Below are positions 52,310 through 64,000 of a DNA stretch of 64,000 bases, in pieces; positions within the stretch are counted from its first letter, which is position 1; the number at the start of each line of letters is the position of its first letter. The notes beneath the pieces were generated by a model. That model ran no database searches. It was not told the DNA's origin and saw only the letters and a list, made by a program, of their open reading frames with translations. A program made the translations under genes and the position numbers. The DNA is taken from positions 19,530,001-19,594,000 of the forward strand of contig CP075492.1 in assembly GCA_021613535.1 (NCBI GenBank). The letters are read 5' to 3'. This DNA comes from Adineta vaga. Its lineage: Eukaryota > Animalia > Rotifera.

Positions 52310-53111
52310 ATGGTTTTGTAAAAAAGTTGATCCAAATAAAGTTTTTTTGAGAATTAAAACTGGATTCGACTTTCTCAACTTCGACAACCCATAGATTAAG
52401 TCTTTCGAGTGACGACAGCTGAGTTTTTATTGGTTTATAACATTGTGATTTCTGATACGCTTGGTCGGACAAACTTTTTGCATTTGAACCGAGTATTTGA
52501 CCACTATATGATCCTTTCTTTTAGAAAAGAGACTTATTATCGTAGTTTTTATCTCTAACTGAATTAGTTCATGAGTTTTTGTTCCAAATAAAGAATCAAT
52601 TAAAACTCCTATGTGTTTAGAATAAGTTTTGACTTTATTCAGTCTCAAATATCACAGTACGTAAATGTTTCTTTTTATTATTATTAATGATTTTAAAATA
52701 AACAGTACAAAGAATTACGATATTAATCAAATGTATAAAGATCCCAAATAAATCGTATCTATTGTAAACATTAGTACATGTACGTTCTGTATGTTACTAT
52801 GCAACAAGTCTCTGTTAGAGAGAGAGAGTTTTTGATAAATATAATCGATAAACTTAATATTTATATTTCTTTTCAAAGGAATTTTATAATTTTTATTTAT
52901 CAGAAATAAAATTTTAATATAGAACAGATGTTTATTCAAAATGCATAGAGATGTCAAATTTGTTCACATTATAAAAAAGAGCAATGATTTATCTTTCACT
53001 AGTGTATGAATCATTGTATTTCTTTCAATAACTTATGCTTTTGTTTAATTATCTACATATCGAAAACTATTCGATATAAATGAAAATCTAAATTTCATAT
53101 ATTTATATAAA

Positions 53112-54146
53112 ATGTCTTTAAAAGAAATAAATATTTTTTTGACTGGTGCAACTGGTTATATTGGAGGTTCTATTTTAACTGGTCTTCTTAATCATCCAAA
53201 TGCTTCGAATTTCAAAATAAGAACTCTAATTCGTGGTGATGAAAATAGAATAAAGAAACTTGAAACACTTGATGTTATATCTGTTATTGGATCAAATGAT
53301 TCACATGATATTATTGAGAATGTAGCAAGTCAATCAGATGTTGTTATTCATACAGCTAATTCTGCTGATGATCTTCCTTCAGTAAAATCAATTGTTTCTG
53401 GTTTAAATAAACGAACTCAAATAATAGGAAAATCAGTTATTTATATACATACTAGTGGAACTGGTGTTCTTGCTGAAGATGTTCATGGTCAAAAAGGATC
53501 AAACATAATTTATAATGATCTTGATCCTAATCAAATCAATAATCTAACAGAAAATCAAATACATCGAAACGTTGATCTTTTTATAATCAATGCAGCACAA
53601 GTTAATCCTTTATTAAAAAGTGTTATTGTTCTTCCTTCGATCATCTATGGTATGGGAACCGGTCTATTTAATCGTCAAAACATCTCATTTGTAAAATTAG
53701 TTCAAATCGCTTTACAACACGGAAAAGTAGGATTAATTGGATCAGGTGAAGCAACATGGAATAATGTTCATATTGATGATTTAATTGATGCTTACATGAT
53801 TCTTTTCAATGAACTTATTACTTCTTATAGATCTAATACAAAATCGAATCCATATTTAACTACAGGACATGAAGGTTATTATTTTGTTGAAAATGGACAG
53901 AATACATGGCGAGAAATATTCGAAAAAGTCAGTGAAATTTTACATAAGAAAGGATATATTCAATCATCAAAAGTCACAAATATTCCTGATAATGAAATAA
54001 ATATTATTTTTCCTAAACCATTTGATTGGTTTTTTGGTTCACAGTCAAGTGCTACGGCTCAACGATTACGAAAATTAGGATGGAAACCGTATCGACCTTG
54101 TATTCTCGATACTATTGAACAACAAATTGATACTTTAATCAGCTAA
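53112..54146 (+). CDS. NAD(P)-binding epimerase/NmrA-like extended SDR, intronless
   Basis: IFLTGATGYIGG Rossmann motif, YIHTSGTG, IYGMG and WNNVHIDDL. Confidence 0.9.
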   Translation: MSLKEINIFLTGATGYIGGSILTGLLNHPNASNFKIRTLIRGDENRIKKLETLDVISVIGSNDSHDIIENVASQSDVVIHTANSADDLPSVKSIVSGLNKRTQIIGKSVIYIHTSGTGVLAEDVHGQKGSNIIYNDLDPNQINNLTENQIHRNVDLFIINAAQVNPLLKSVIVLPSIIYGMGTGLFNRQNISFVKLVQIALQHGKVGLIGSGEATWNNVHIDDLIDAYMILFNELITSYRSNTKSNPYLTTGHEGYYFVENGQNTWREIFEKVSEILHKKGYIQSSKVTNIPDNEINIIFPKPFDWFFGSQSSATAQRLRKLGWKPYRPCILDTIEQQIDTLIS

Positions 54147-54558
54147 AATAAATATTGAGAATATTTTTACTGATTTTCGTGATAAGTTTTTGGGTATTGT
54201 GAAAAAATAAGAAATATTAGATATGATATTGAATTTTTTTATTTTCATTAAAGATAGAAATAAAAGAATGAAATTTCGCTTATCGAGGATTTTATTGGTA
54301 AGTTGAACGTTTTCATAATTGATGGTTTGAAACTATCTTAGATAAATAATAATAGTCACAAAACGTGTCCGTATATTTCGAACACATTCTCTATCATATA
54401 TTACTACGAAAAGAAAAGAAATATGGTAATAAATTTATCTAATGAAATCAACTCTATGAATTAGAAGATAAATCGAAAAAATATAATTGAGAAACTCGTA
54501 ATATAAGGGTAGAATAATCATTCTAAATATTAAATGATAAAATTCACAAGATAACAAA

Positions 54559-54606
54559 GGTATGGGTGTCGGTGTGGATGTAACTCTTCTTCTCTCATCC
54601 ACACCC
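54559..54606. repeat. Telomere-hexamer hairpin site
   Basis: GGTATGGGTGTC-GGTGTGGATG...CATCCACACCC, with a 10-bp perfect stem. Confidence 0.85.
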
Positions 54607-54719
54607 AACAGATGACAACGACGATACTGCTTTAATACAGAAATTCTCTTTGGATTATATGAAACAAGTGATTGTATATTACGATGAAAAAGATCCTTTG
54701 ACAGGAATACGTCGACGAT

Positions 54720-54768
54720 CTTGAGGATGTGGGTGTTAGATAGATGTAATACTCACACCCACATCCTT
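54720..54768. repeat. Telomere-hexamer hairpin site
   Basis: CTTG-AGGATGTGGGTGT-TAGATAGATGTAATACTC-ACACCCACATCCT, a 13-bp perfect stem. Confidence 0.9.
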
Positions 54769-54999
54769 TATCTGTTCATTCCAAAAATGCCATTACGCAT
54801 TCGTTTATTGTGCATTAGTCTTAGTGGAAAACTTGTTGGGCCACTCTCTCTTTGTTTGAAAGAACTATTTGGCTATTTCAATAAAAATATCCAATTAGGT
54901 TGACTATAATTACTAATTGGTTTTCTTTCTGCATACGTACAACTGAATAGAAATATTTTCACGCAATTTTTAAATTTCAGAAACATCTCTTCAAAGCCA

Positions 55000-56851
55000 T
55001 AAATAATCTCGTGGAATATTGGCGAGATTGTATCTTGCTCCCTCCCATCTCTTCTTATCGTACTCTTCTTATTTCTAATTGCAGGTCTGGACAAGATGAT
55101 CATACAAGTATGTATGATAATATAAATAATCTCCGACGTCTCGAAATACCAAAACATAAGACAAGTCAAATTCAGCCTCTCGATGTGTTGGATATCAATT
55201 TAAATGAACGTAACTATATTATTCGTTGTCTATCTTCTCCATTAATTTGTTGTAGTTGGTATAAGCATAACATTTGTTTCAAGCACTTTTTTTTATTAAT
55301 TATTATTTTCATCATAATCTATATGATATGGCGTAAGATATTTTTTCTGTGAGATGTAAACTACTCTCGCTTTGATTTCCTTTTTCTTTAGTATGTCATA
55401 GCACCTTTTCTTGTTGTTTTGTTCAAAATGAAATATGACGTTATAAGACATTGGAATTGTATGATGTGACATTTCGTATATACATGTATATCGGCTTAAA
55501 CGCGTAACGCGTCACCTCTAGGGTGATGAGTTCGAACATATTACTTCAAGAAGTTCTGATTGCCATCTTAAAGAGTATAGTCCAAAGTATAGGGAAACAT
55601 ATTTTGTTTGTCTTTAAATTGTTGAAATTCATATAAAATTGATGGAAACAAATGTACTATTCTGACATGAATAAATTGAACCTATTTATGCCATATATTG
55701 TTTTAACCGTTTTATTGAAGCGCTTTGTTGTTTGCAGAGTTCGTCAGGATAAATTATGTTAGCGAGGATAGAAGTATCCTTTCACATAATCATTAGCTTT
55801 TGAATACATTTTACTTGTATGATTTGATCTTAGATAATACTAATATATTTATATCATCATCGCGTTACGAAAAGTCAGTATTGTTTATTTTTCACCAATA
55901 AGATCCAACAGTTTTCTTCTCAAAGTATATGCCTAAAGCTAGTTTTTTATGAGCTATCTGATGAATATATTTTTATTTTAGAAAGTTTATAATCTGCAAA
56001 ATTTTTTCGAAACACGATGACGTTTTTTGCAAATTTTCCTTGCCTTTTAATAGCAGTCAGAATTTCGAAAAAAATGAAGTTTCATATTTCTCAACTTAAT
56101 CATATGGATTCGATGCAGTTTTTTCCGTTGATTCCGAATATGTACTTGTTTTCAGATGGCAACCTTACTTTTACAAAGAAAATCAAGAAATACCTTGAGT
56201 GCTTTAGATGTTGATAAGTTACTTGTCTAATATACTATGGATAATTTTTGACTTGACATGACGAATTGTGCCAAACTTAACGTTTATTCTCTAAAATTAT
56301 GGCAGAATGTACTCTATCTTAACTTTGTGTAGCTGGAAAGACTTCCAAAATAGGTAGTGAAAACTCTGGTTCGAAAACTAGCATCATCGCGTTACGAAAC
56401 CGTAATCGCGTTACATTGACAAAATCGATTTTTCACAAGAATAGAGTGCCCATTCCGGAAACTGGATTTAGCTATAAACATATCAAGATGTGAGCTGCAA
56501 AACATTAAATGAATGTCTCTTTTGATGCATCATAGATTCGCAGAAAAATAGCAAAGAAGCACAGCACTATCAGAATTTTGTCCTTTTTTCATCATCGTGT
56601 TATGACATGTATTTTATCAATAATTTCCGAATGGTGCATTCAAACGAGATGATTTTTTTAGGATTGATAGATGGCTATGAGGTACATATTCTAGCAAAAA
56701 AAAGAAATTTTTTAAAGACGCTAATCTATGAGAAAAGATGCGTACACTCTCGCCAAAACGTCATCGCGTCACGCGCGTTTAAGCCGATATTAGTTATTGC
56801 TCCCATTGTACTTGGTTGCCTTTCTCTACCACAACTTGTTCTAAGCTTTAT
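55000..56851 (+). pseudogene. Degenerate 7TM-receptor-like remnant split by a transposon
   Basis: A hydrophobic segment at 55250-55350 and, after the insertion, LVIAPIVLGCLSLPQLVLSFI, which resembles TM6 of the LDLa-GPCR paralogs. Confidence 0.4.
55491..56787. mobile_element. Non-autonomous TIR transposon with TA target duplication (1297 bp)
   Basis: TA|TCGGCTTAAACGCG ... CGCGTTTAAGCCGA|TA is a 14-bp perfect TIR. The motif ATCGCGTTAC recurs internally near 55860, 56386 and 56405. Confidence 0.9.
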
Positions 56852-56918
56852 CTTGAGGATGGGTGGATATAGATGTCGGATAGATGTAGTACCCACACCC
56901 TCACCCTCACCCACCCTT
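56852..56918. repeat. Telomere-hexamer hairpin site (longest copy)
   Basis: CTTGAGGATGGGTGG-ATATAGATG...TAGATGTAGT-ACCCACACCCTCACCCTCACCCACCCTT. Confidence 0.9.
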
Positions 56919-58302
56919 ATAATGTATTAGATGTTGGATTAGTCAGTTTTTTCGTTTTATCAAAATTGCTTTCCCTGAAACGCGATTTTTATAGTTTTTA
57001 AACCTATAAAGATATTCCAGAATCCACCAGTAACATATTATGGAGAATTCTTAGTTCCTGCTGATATTAATTATCTTTTTTTATTATGTTTTCGAACCAT
57101 TGTATCCAGTGAATGGACAAAAAAGAGAAGAAAAACAAACTAAAAGTTTCAACACAATCATACTGTTTATATAGCCAGAATATAGTAGAGCATCAATTAT
57201 TCTATAATGTTTGATTTTAAGACAGAGAAGAAGTGTTGTTGTTATTTTATTGAAATCTTCATTTACCAAGTACATTTATATTACAAGAAATAGTGTTACT
57301 AAGATTTCGATGTGAATTAGTCTCTTTAAATAGAATTTCATTTATTAAATTCACCGATGACAAGCATTTTTCTAATGATATTAGATGAAATCATGTTTGA
57401 TTCTATCAACGAACATATTTAGTCGATTATGAAGAGGTAATTAGAATGATTAAACTTTTAGATATATAAAAGAAGAGTTTTACAGATTAGTTTTGAGAAA
57501 AACTGACTGAAATTTTAAGCAAACAGCCATAGATGGTGTGTAGAATCTAAAACGATAAACTGGTTCGGATGCAAATTCGCTAATTATTTTCAATTTAATG
57601 TTTTTACAGTAAACTATTCTGAATGAATTATAATTTTCTGAAAAAGAATACACATTGAAATACGTTTCTGACAAACACACGTTGAGAAAATTGTTTTTTA
57701 TTTTTATTTGGCTAATTATAATATATAAAATGATTTTGTTGTTGTATAAACGATTGTTACTTTTTCGTATGACGAAATTTGCATCTTTGTGTGACGCTTT
57801 TTTAACTGTAAAATATCTCCCTTGACTTATCATAATTCGTCTTTATAAAAAAATCAAAATATTATAACTAGTTGTTTTTCTTCTCAATATTTTCTCACTA
57901 TTAATGATAAAAAGGGACTGTTATATTGAAGAACGAAAAAATATCGTATAAACTGACTTTTTCATCAATACAAATGCAAGAAAAAAGAAGATGTGCCTCA
58001 ACGAACACTTCTATAAAGTAAAGATAAAATATAAAGACTCATCTATCGTTGATTAGTTATATTTTGTACTCAAAATACAAACACGTTTGCGTTATTATCA
58101 AAGGTAAATATCACTGTATTTTTTTATCATTATTTTATTCATTGCATATTTATACAGTTTTTTTAAACTACTCAATTTTTGACAAAAGAAAGTTGAAAAT
58201 AGTATAATTTCTATTAGATAAATAACATCAAATACATTTTCTGTTCGTTTGAACACTATAAAAGAACTATTTATTTATTCTATTTAGTATAAAACAATTG
58301 AT

Positions 58303-61300
58303 ATGGATGATATATACGTGATAAGTGAACATTTAAATTCTCAAGAAGAACCATTCAAAGGTTCTGAAGAAAAATTAGAACCTGGTATGAATGACGATCC
58401 TGAAAGCACGATTGATATCGATGATAATAATCGATCGATAACGATAGAAAAGGAACCGTATGTATTATTCTTTGTATACTGAACATATCTCAATAGTTAA
58501 TTCAATAGAAAATGTTGCTTTTGGTCAAAAAACAATTCAATATTCATCGGTACTATAGCTTCTTGCTTATTTACAAGTATAATCATTGTTATTGGTGTAC
58601 TGATCGTTTATTATAATTCACCAAAAAAATTAAGTACGTCTTTTCTGAGCTTGTATTCAATGTTATGAATAGACACATATGTCGAATTCGAACCGTTCGA
58701 TGCATATCTAATAGTGAATGAACTTGAAAATGATCTCCATTATTTTATGCAAATTCATGAATATATAAGAATATCATCAGTGATACACAATTTTATTGAG
58801 TAATACTGAAGAAACTGATTATTTATAATAGTATGTAACAGAAAATATTCATTGAACAAATAAATTCGTCTTTTTCTTTTTCAAAAAATGATATACTTTG
58901 TAAATCATTTATAAAATATCATAAAAGTTAATGCATTGCTTTTATTTTATTTAGTTCCGGAGTGTAAATTAAAGTTTTACCAAACGTCTAAAAATCCCAT
59001 AGAATATGAATATAGACCGCGATCTGTTGCTGTTGGCGATCTTAATAACGACACATGGCTCGACATGGTTGTTGTTAATTATGCCGCAAATAATATAGGT
59101 ATCTATTTTGGAACTGTTAATGGAACTCTTTCAAGTCAAGCATCGTATACGACTGGATCTAATTCTGCTCCGTATATGGTTGCATTAACTGATTTCAACA
59201 ATGATGATTGGTTAGATATTGCTGTTGCAAATTTTGGTACGAATAATATCTTGGTATTTCTTGGCATTGGAAATGGATCATTTGGAAATCAAATATATCT
59301 TTCGACCGGTGCATCCCATCCAATTGCACTTTCCGTCGCTGATTTCAATAATGACACTCTAATCGACATTGCTACTGCTAATTATGGTACTCATAGTGTT
59401 AGTCTATTCTACGGATATGGTAATGGACAATTTTCAAATCCAATAACTTACTCGACAGGATACGATTCTTATCCAAATTCATTGACAAATGGAGATTTAA
59501 ATAATGATAACAATTTAGATATCATCATTGCTAATTACGGTACTAATAATATTGGTATACTTTTTGGACAAAATAATGGTAGTTTTAGAAGTCAAATAAT
59601 GTTATCAACTGGCATTAATTCTCATCCATATTCAATTACAGTTGGTTATTTCAATCAAGATAAACTTCTTGATATTGCTGTTGCTAATTATGGATCTCAA
59701 AGTATTGGTATTTTTTTAAATAGTGACAATGAAACTTTTAATTATCAAACGAATTATCCTGTATCTTCGGTTTCTCCATGTTTTATTGCTGTTGGTGATT
59801 TCAATCAAGACAATCAATTAGATTTAGCTATCAGTAATAGAGGATCTAATAATGCAGGCATCTTACTTGGTAGTAAAAATGGTACTTTTGCAACTCCAAT
59901 AATGTATTCTACTGGTTCTTCTTCATCAACTGCACTTGCTGTAGGCGATTTTAACAAGGATAAACGTTTGGATATGATTGTCGTTAGTAATGATACTAGT
60001 TCTATAGATATTTTCTTTGGTTATTATGAAGGTTTTGTAAATCAAAAAACGTATTCAACGGGTTCTAAACCACGAACTGTAGCTGTCGGTGATTTCAATC
60101 AAGATAAACAACTGGATATTGTTGTTGCAAATGAGTACGACTATACGATTAGTATTCTTCTAGGAAATGGTGATGGGACATTTCAAAATAATAAAACCTA
60201 TCGAACATATAATTCTCCATATTCATTAGTTGTTGGTGATGTTAATAATGATACAATATTAGATATCATTACGGGCAGTAATTATATTGTATCTAATCTT
60301 AGTCCTATAAGTGTTCTTATAGGAAATGGTGATGGGACATTTCAGAATTATAAGATTTATACAACTGATGCTTATCCATCCTCGATAGCTCTGAGTGATT
60401 TTAATAACGATACTATACCAGATATGGTGACGACTAATTATAACAATCGTTGTATAAATATTTTTCTTGGAATTGGAAATGGTTCTTTTCCATCTTACCA
60501 AAAATTCCCAGTTGGTACTTATCCGAATTCCATTGCCGTTGGCGATTTTAATAGCGATAATTTATTGGATATCGCTGTCGTCAATTATGGTAGCAACGAT
60601 GTAAGTGTTCTGCTAGGAAATGGTAATGGCTCATTCAAAGATCAAATAAAATATTCAACAGGTAGTCATCCATACTTTATAGGTGTCGGTGATTTTAATG
60701 GCGATACTTGGTTGGACATTGTCACTACTAATTATGATAGCAATGATGTGAGTATTTTTCTTGGTTATGGAAACGGTACCTTTGGAGATGAAACACGGTA
60801 CGGAACCGGTATACGTCCATTTGCCATTGCAGTGATTGATATGAATAATGACACTCGATTAGATCTCGTTATTAATTTACAAAATATTCTGGCTATTACT
60901 ATTATGTTTGGAAATGGTGATGGATCTTTTGGAAGTGCAATGACCAAACCAATTGCTATGTCATATTCACTAGCTATTGCTGACTTCAATCTTGATAATA
61001 GATTGGATATTGTTCTTTCACAGCGTGAAGTTAATAATGTGGCTGTATTTCTTCAATACAACAGAGGCGCACTTCTTAATCAAATAACATTAGCTGCTGC
61101 TGGTGGTTCTAAGTTATCTTCTGTAGCCGTTCATGATATTAACAATGATACTCTACCGGATATTATTGTGGCTAATTTTGGTACTAATAATATTGGTATT
61201 CTTTTAAGTTATGGAAATGGTAGTTTCACTGATCAAATGACATTAAGTACTGATTCAAATTCTGATCCATCATCACTTGCCATCGGAGATTATAATGGTG

Positions 61301-63165
61301 ATAATTATTTAGATATTGCAGTAGCTAATTCAGCTACTAAGAATGTGGGTATGTTGCTCGGCAATGCAAAAGGAACATTTACAAGTCAAAATAGTTTTGG
61401 AACTGTCTTTGATTCTGCTCCATATTTTATCGTTTCTGGCGATTTCAATAATGACAAAAAATCAGAAATTGCTGTTGCCTATGATAAAAATGGTAATATA
61501 GATATTCTTGTCGAATATAATACTGGAACTTTCATAAATCGAACAACATTCTCGACTGGTTTTGGTCCGCGATCTGTTGCCGTCGGCGATTTTAATAATG
61601 ACACTATTCAAGACATTGTTGTTACTAATGCTGCTGGTAATGATATCAGTGTATTTCTTGGCTTTGGTAATGGATTATTTGCAAATCAAATGAAATTTAA
61701 AACTGGTACTTCACCATATGATATTGCCGTTGGTGATTTTAATAATGATGGTCGACTCGATCTTGTTGTTACTAATTATATGGATAGTGATATTAGCATC
61801 TTGTTTGGCTTCGGTAATGGTTCATTCGAAAATCAAACAACATATGGAACTTACTCTTATCCATACTGTGTTGAAGTTGGTCATTTTAATAACGACAACT
61901 ATTTAGATATTGCTGTCACTACTACTGGTGATGGTTATATTAATATCTTTCTCGGTAAGGGCAATAATGAATTCGAAAACATACAAAACTACAAAGCTGG
62001 TATTGAGTCAAAAGGTTTAGCGATTGGAGATTTCAACAATGATACTTACTTGGACATTATTGTTTGTAATTACCGTTCTACACATATGAGTATTTTCCTT
62101 GGCTACGGCGATGGTTCTTTTGCTGATGAACAAAAGTTTGTAATAGGAACTGGTACATGGTCTGTAGTTGTCGGTGATTTCAACTATGATAGTCGACTAG
62201 ATATTATCGTCTCAAATTTTAGTATCAGTACTGTTTGTGTCTGTTTTGGCAATGGTGATGGATCATTTACCAATCCAACAGCATATGCATCCGGTGGAGC
62301 TACATACTCTATAGCACTTGGTGATTTTAATCATGATAATCTGTCAGATATTGTCACTGCCAATTATGGCTCTCATGATATCAGTGTTCTTCTCGCAAAC
62401 GATGATGGTATTCTTTCGAAGAAGATATCATACTCCATTGGATCATATCCACAATCAGTAGCTGTTGGTAAGTTCAATAATGATGATTATCTTGACCTTG
62501 TGATTGCGAATTCTGGTGATAACAAAATCGCAGTATTTTTCGGATCTAATAACAAAGTTTTCATTAAAAAAACAACATTAATAACTGGTAATAATTCTCA
62601 ACCAACATCATTCGTTATCGGTAATTTTAACAATGATAATTACATGGATATATGTGTTGCTAATTCGGGTACACACAATATTGGATGTTTTTTTGGTCGT
62701 GAAAATATTTCATTTACAAATCAAACTATATATTCAACTGGTCCATTATCATCTCCATTCTCATTGGCTATTGGTGATTTTAATAATGATAGTTGCTTAG
62801 ATATCGCTGTTGCCAATAAAGATGCTGATAATGTCGGTATTTTCTTAGGATTTGGAGATGGTACTTTTTCAAATCAAACAATTTATTCGACAGGTTATGA
62901 TTCCGATCCATATTCTATTGCTATTGGATATTTTAACAATGATAATATCTTAGATATAATTGTTGCTAATTATCATTCCAATAGTGTAGGTATATTCTTA
63001 GGACAAGGTAATGGTATATTTAATAATCAAATCTCATTTCCAATACGCTACAATTCCAATCCATTTGCCATTAACGTCGGTGATTTCAATCGTGACAACA
63101 AACTTGATTTTGCTATAGCAAATGAAGGTGATGATAATTTAAATATATTTTTACAAACTTGTTAA
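58303..63165 (+). CDS. Type II membrane FG-GAP/VCBS repeat protein, ~1496 aa (exons 58303-58457, 58509-58633, 58955-63165)
   Basis: Acidic N-tail, one TM (IFIGTIASCLFTSIIIVIGVLIVYY), then more than 25 repeats of GDFNxDxxLDIxVxN..G.G.G.F. Splice phases are consistent. Confidence 0.88.
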
Positions 63166-63326
63166 TATTTTTATTTGAATATTTATATTTAATCTATTCT
63201 TATTTATTATTTATTTCTTTTTTAAAAATAACAAAATTTCATATGATTTGTATAATGTCTAATTTCGTACTTTTATCTTCAATAAACTTTACATTAAACT
63301 TATCTATAAACTAATCATCTCTTCAT

Positions 63327-63363
63327 AGGGTGTGAGTGCTTTTCTCTTTTTTACACTCATCTT
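63327..63363. repeat. Telomere-hexamer hairpin site (degenerate)
   Basis: AGGGTGTGAGTG...CACTCATCTT. Confidence 0.65.
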
Positions 63364-63410
63364 AATAAAATGAAATTTTTAAAAGAATATAAAGTACGTG
63401 AATATTGTTA

Positions 63411-63468
63411 TTGAGGGTATGAGTATCGATGTTCATATAGTAAATGCTCAACATCACCACTTACACAT
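63411..63468. repeat. Telomere-hexamer hairpin site (degenerate)
   Basis: TTGAGGGTATGAGT...CACCACTTACACAT. Confidence 0.55.
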
Positions 63469-64000
63469 TTTTTTCTTCGTCTAAAAGAAATATAGAGATA
63501 TGTCATGGATATAAAATAAATTCATATTTTTATTTTGAGATTTTATTATTATGATGGATGATGTTAAGTGAATTTATATGAACGTGTCATTTCTCATTTT
63601 TCATATTCTTTTTTATTAAAAGAAAAGTTTTAGAAACACAATATATTTTTAATATTTCTCATTTTCTCGTTATTGTTCAATGATAGATTATGGAACTATT
63701 AGTAATATATAAGATTATATATCATGATTGATCAGATAAGAAATATTTTTATAATTTTTCAAATATATTTTGTGTTGGATTATAAATAATATGATTTTTA
63801 ATTGGTGTTTCTAATCTTTTATATGTACTCATATATTAACAAAACATAAAATAAATAACAATCTATATAGATTTATATATTTAGTCGATTTATATTATTT
63901 CATCGATGAATAGAACAATTTTGGATAGTTTTAACAAAAATTATCATAAGAATTTAAAATACTACATGTACAATTTGCGATTCTACAAGAATTTAAAAAT

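Noticed and set aside
56607-56930. 107-aa ORF ending VVPTPSPSPTL
   Set aside because: A chimera of a transposon end, a receptor fragment and the telomere-repeat hairpin.
26810-61906. Short ORFs overlapping the large receptor, TPR and FG-GAP genes
   Set aside because: Alternate-frame or antisense shadows with no independent support.
4649-63468. CRISPR array or bacterial integron reading of the palindromic repeats
   Set aside because: Spacing is irregular (0.05-10 kb), the copies are degenerate, there is no cas or integrase gene, and the DNA is eukaryotic with introns. The integron comparison is only an analogy.

Overview
This is AT-rich eukaryotic genomic DNA with short GT-AG introns (mostly about 45-65 nt). 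The gene families point strongly to a bdelloid rotifer: LDLa-EGF-7TM receptors, ART-TPR proteins, F-box/LRR, FG-GAP repeat proteins and a caspase-like C14 gene. Apparently intact genes are a small 7TM receptor, an F-box/LRR protein, two GPI-type Cys-rich secreted paralogs, two ~1600-aa LDLa/EGF/GPCR paralogs, cathepsin L, an intronless fungal-like NAD(P)-binding protein and a type II membrane FG-GAP protein. There are many pseudogenes and gene fragments (four ART or ART-TPR, P450, SRCR, caspase-like, GPCR pieces). Non-autonomous transposons are abundant: TA-flanked MITEs, an hAT foldback, Helitrons, HINE-like elements and a piggyBac end. The most striking unannotated structure is a dispersed family of ~40-70 bp inverted repeats built from bdelloid telomere hexamers (CTTGAGGGTGTGGGT-spacer-ACCCACACCCTCAAG). 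About 20 whole or half copies occur, roughly one per intergenic interval, in telomere-fusion orientation, and some abut truncated coding fragments. The window therefore reads like a concatemer of telomere-capped, gene-sized cassettes. Separately, a MITE sits in frame inside an F-box exon and adds 73 aa without a stop.
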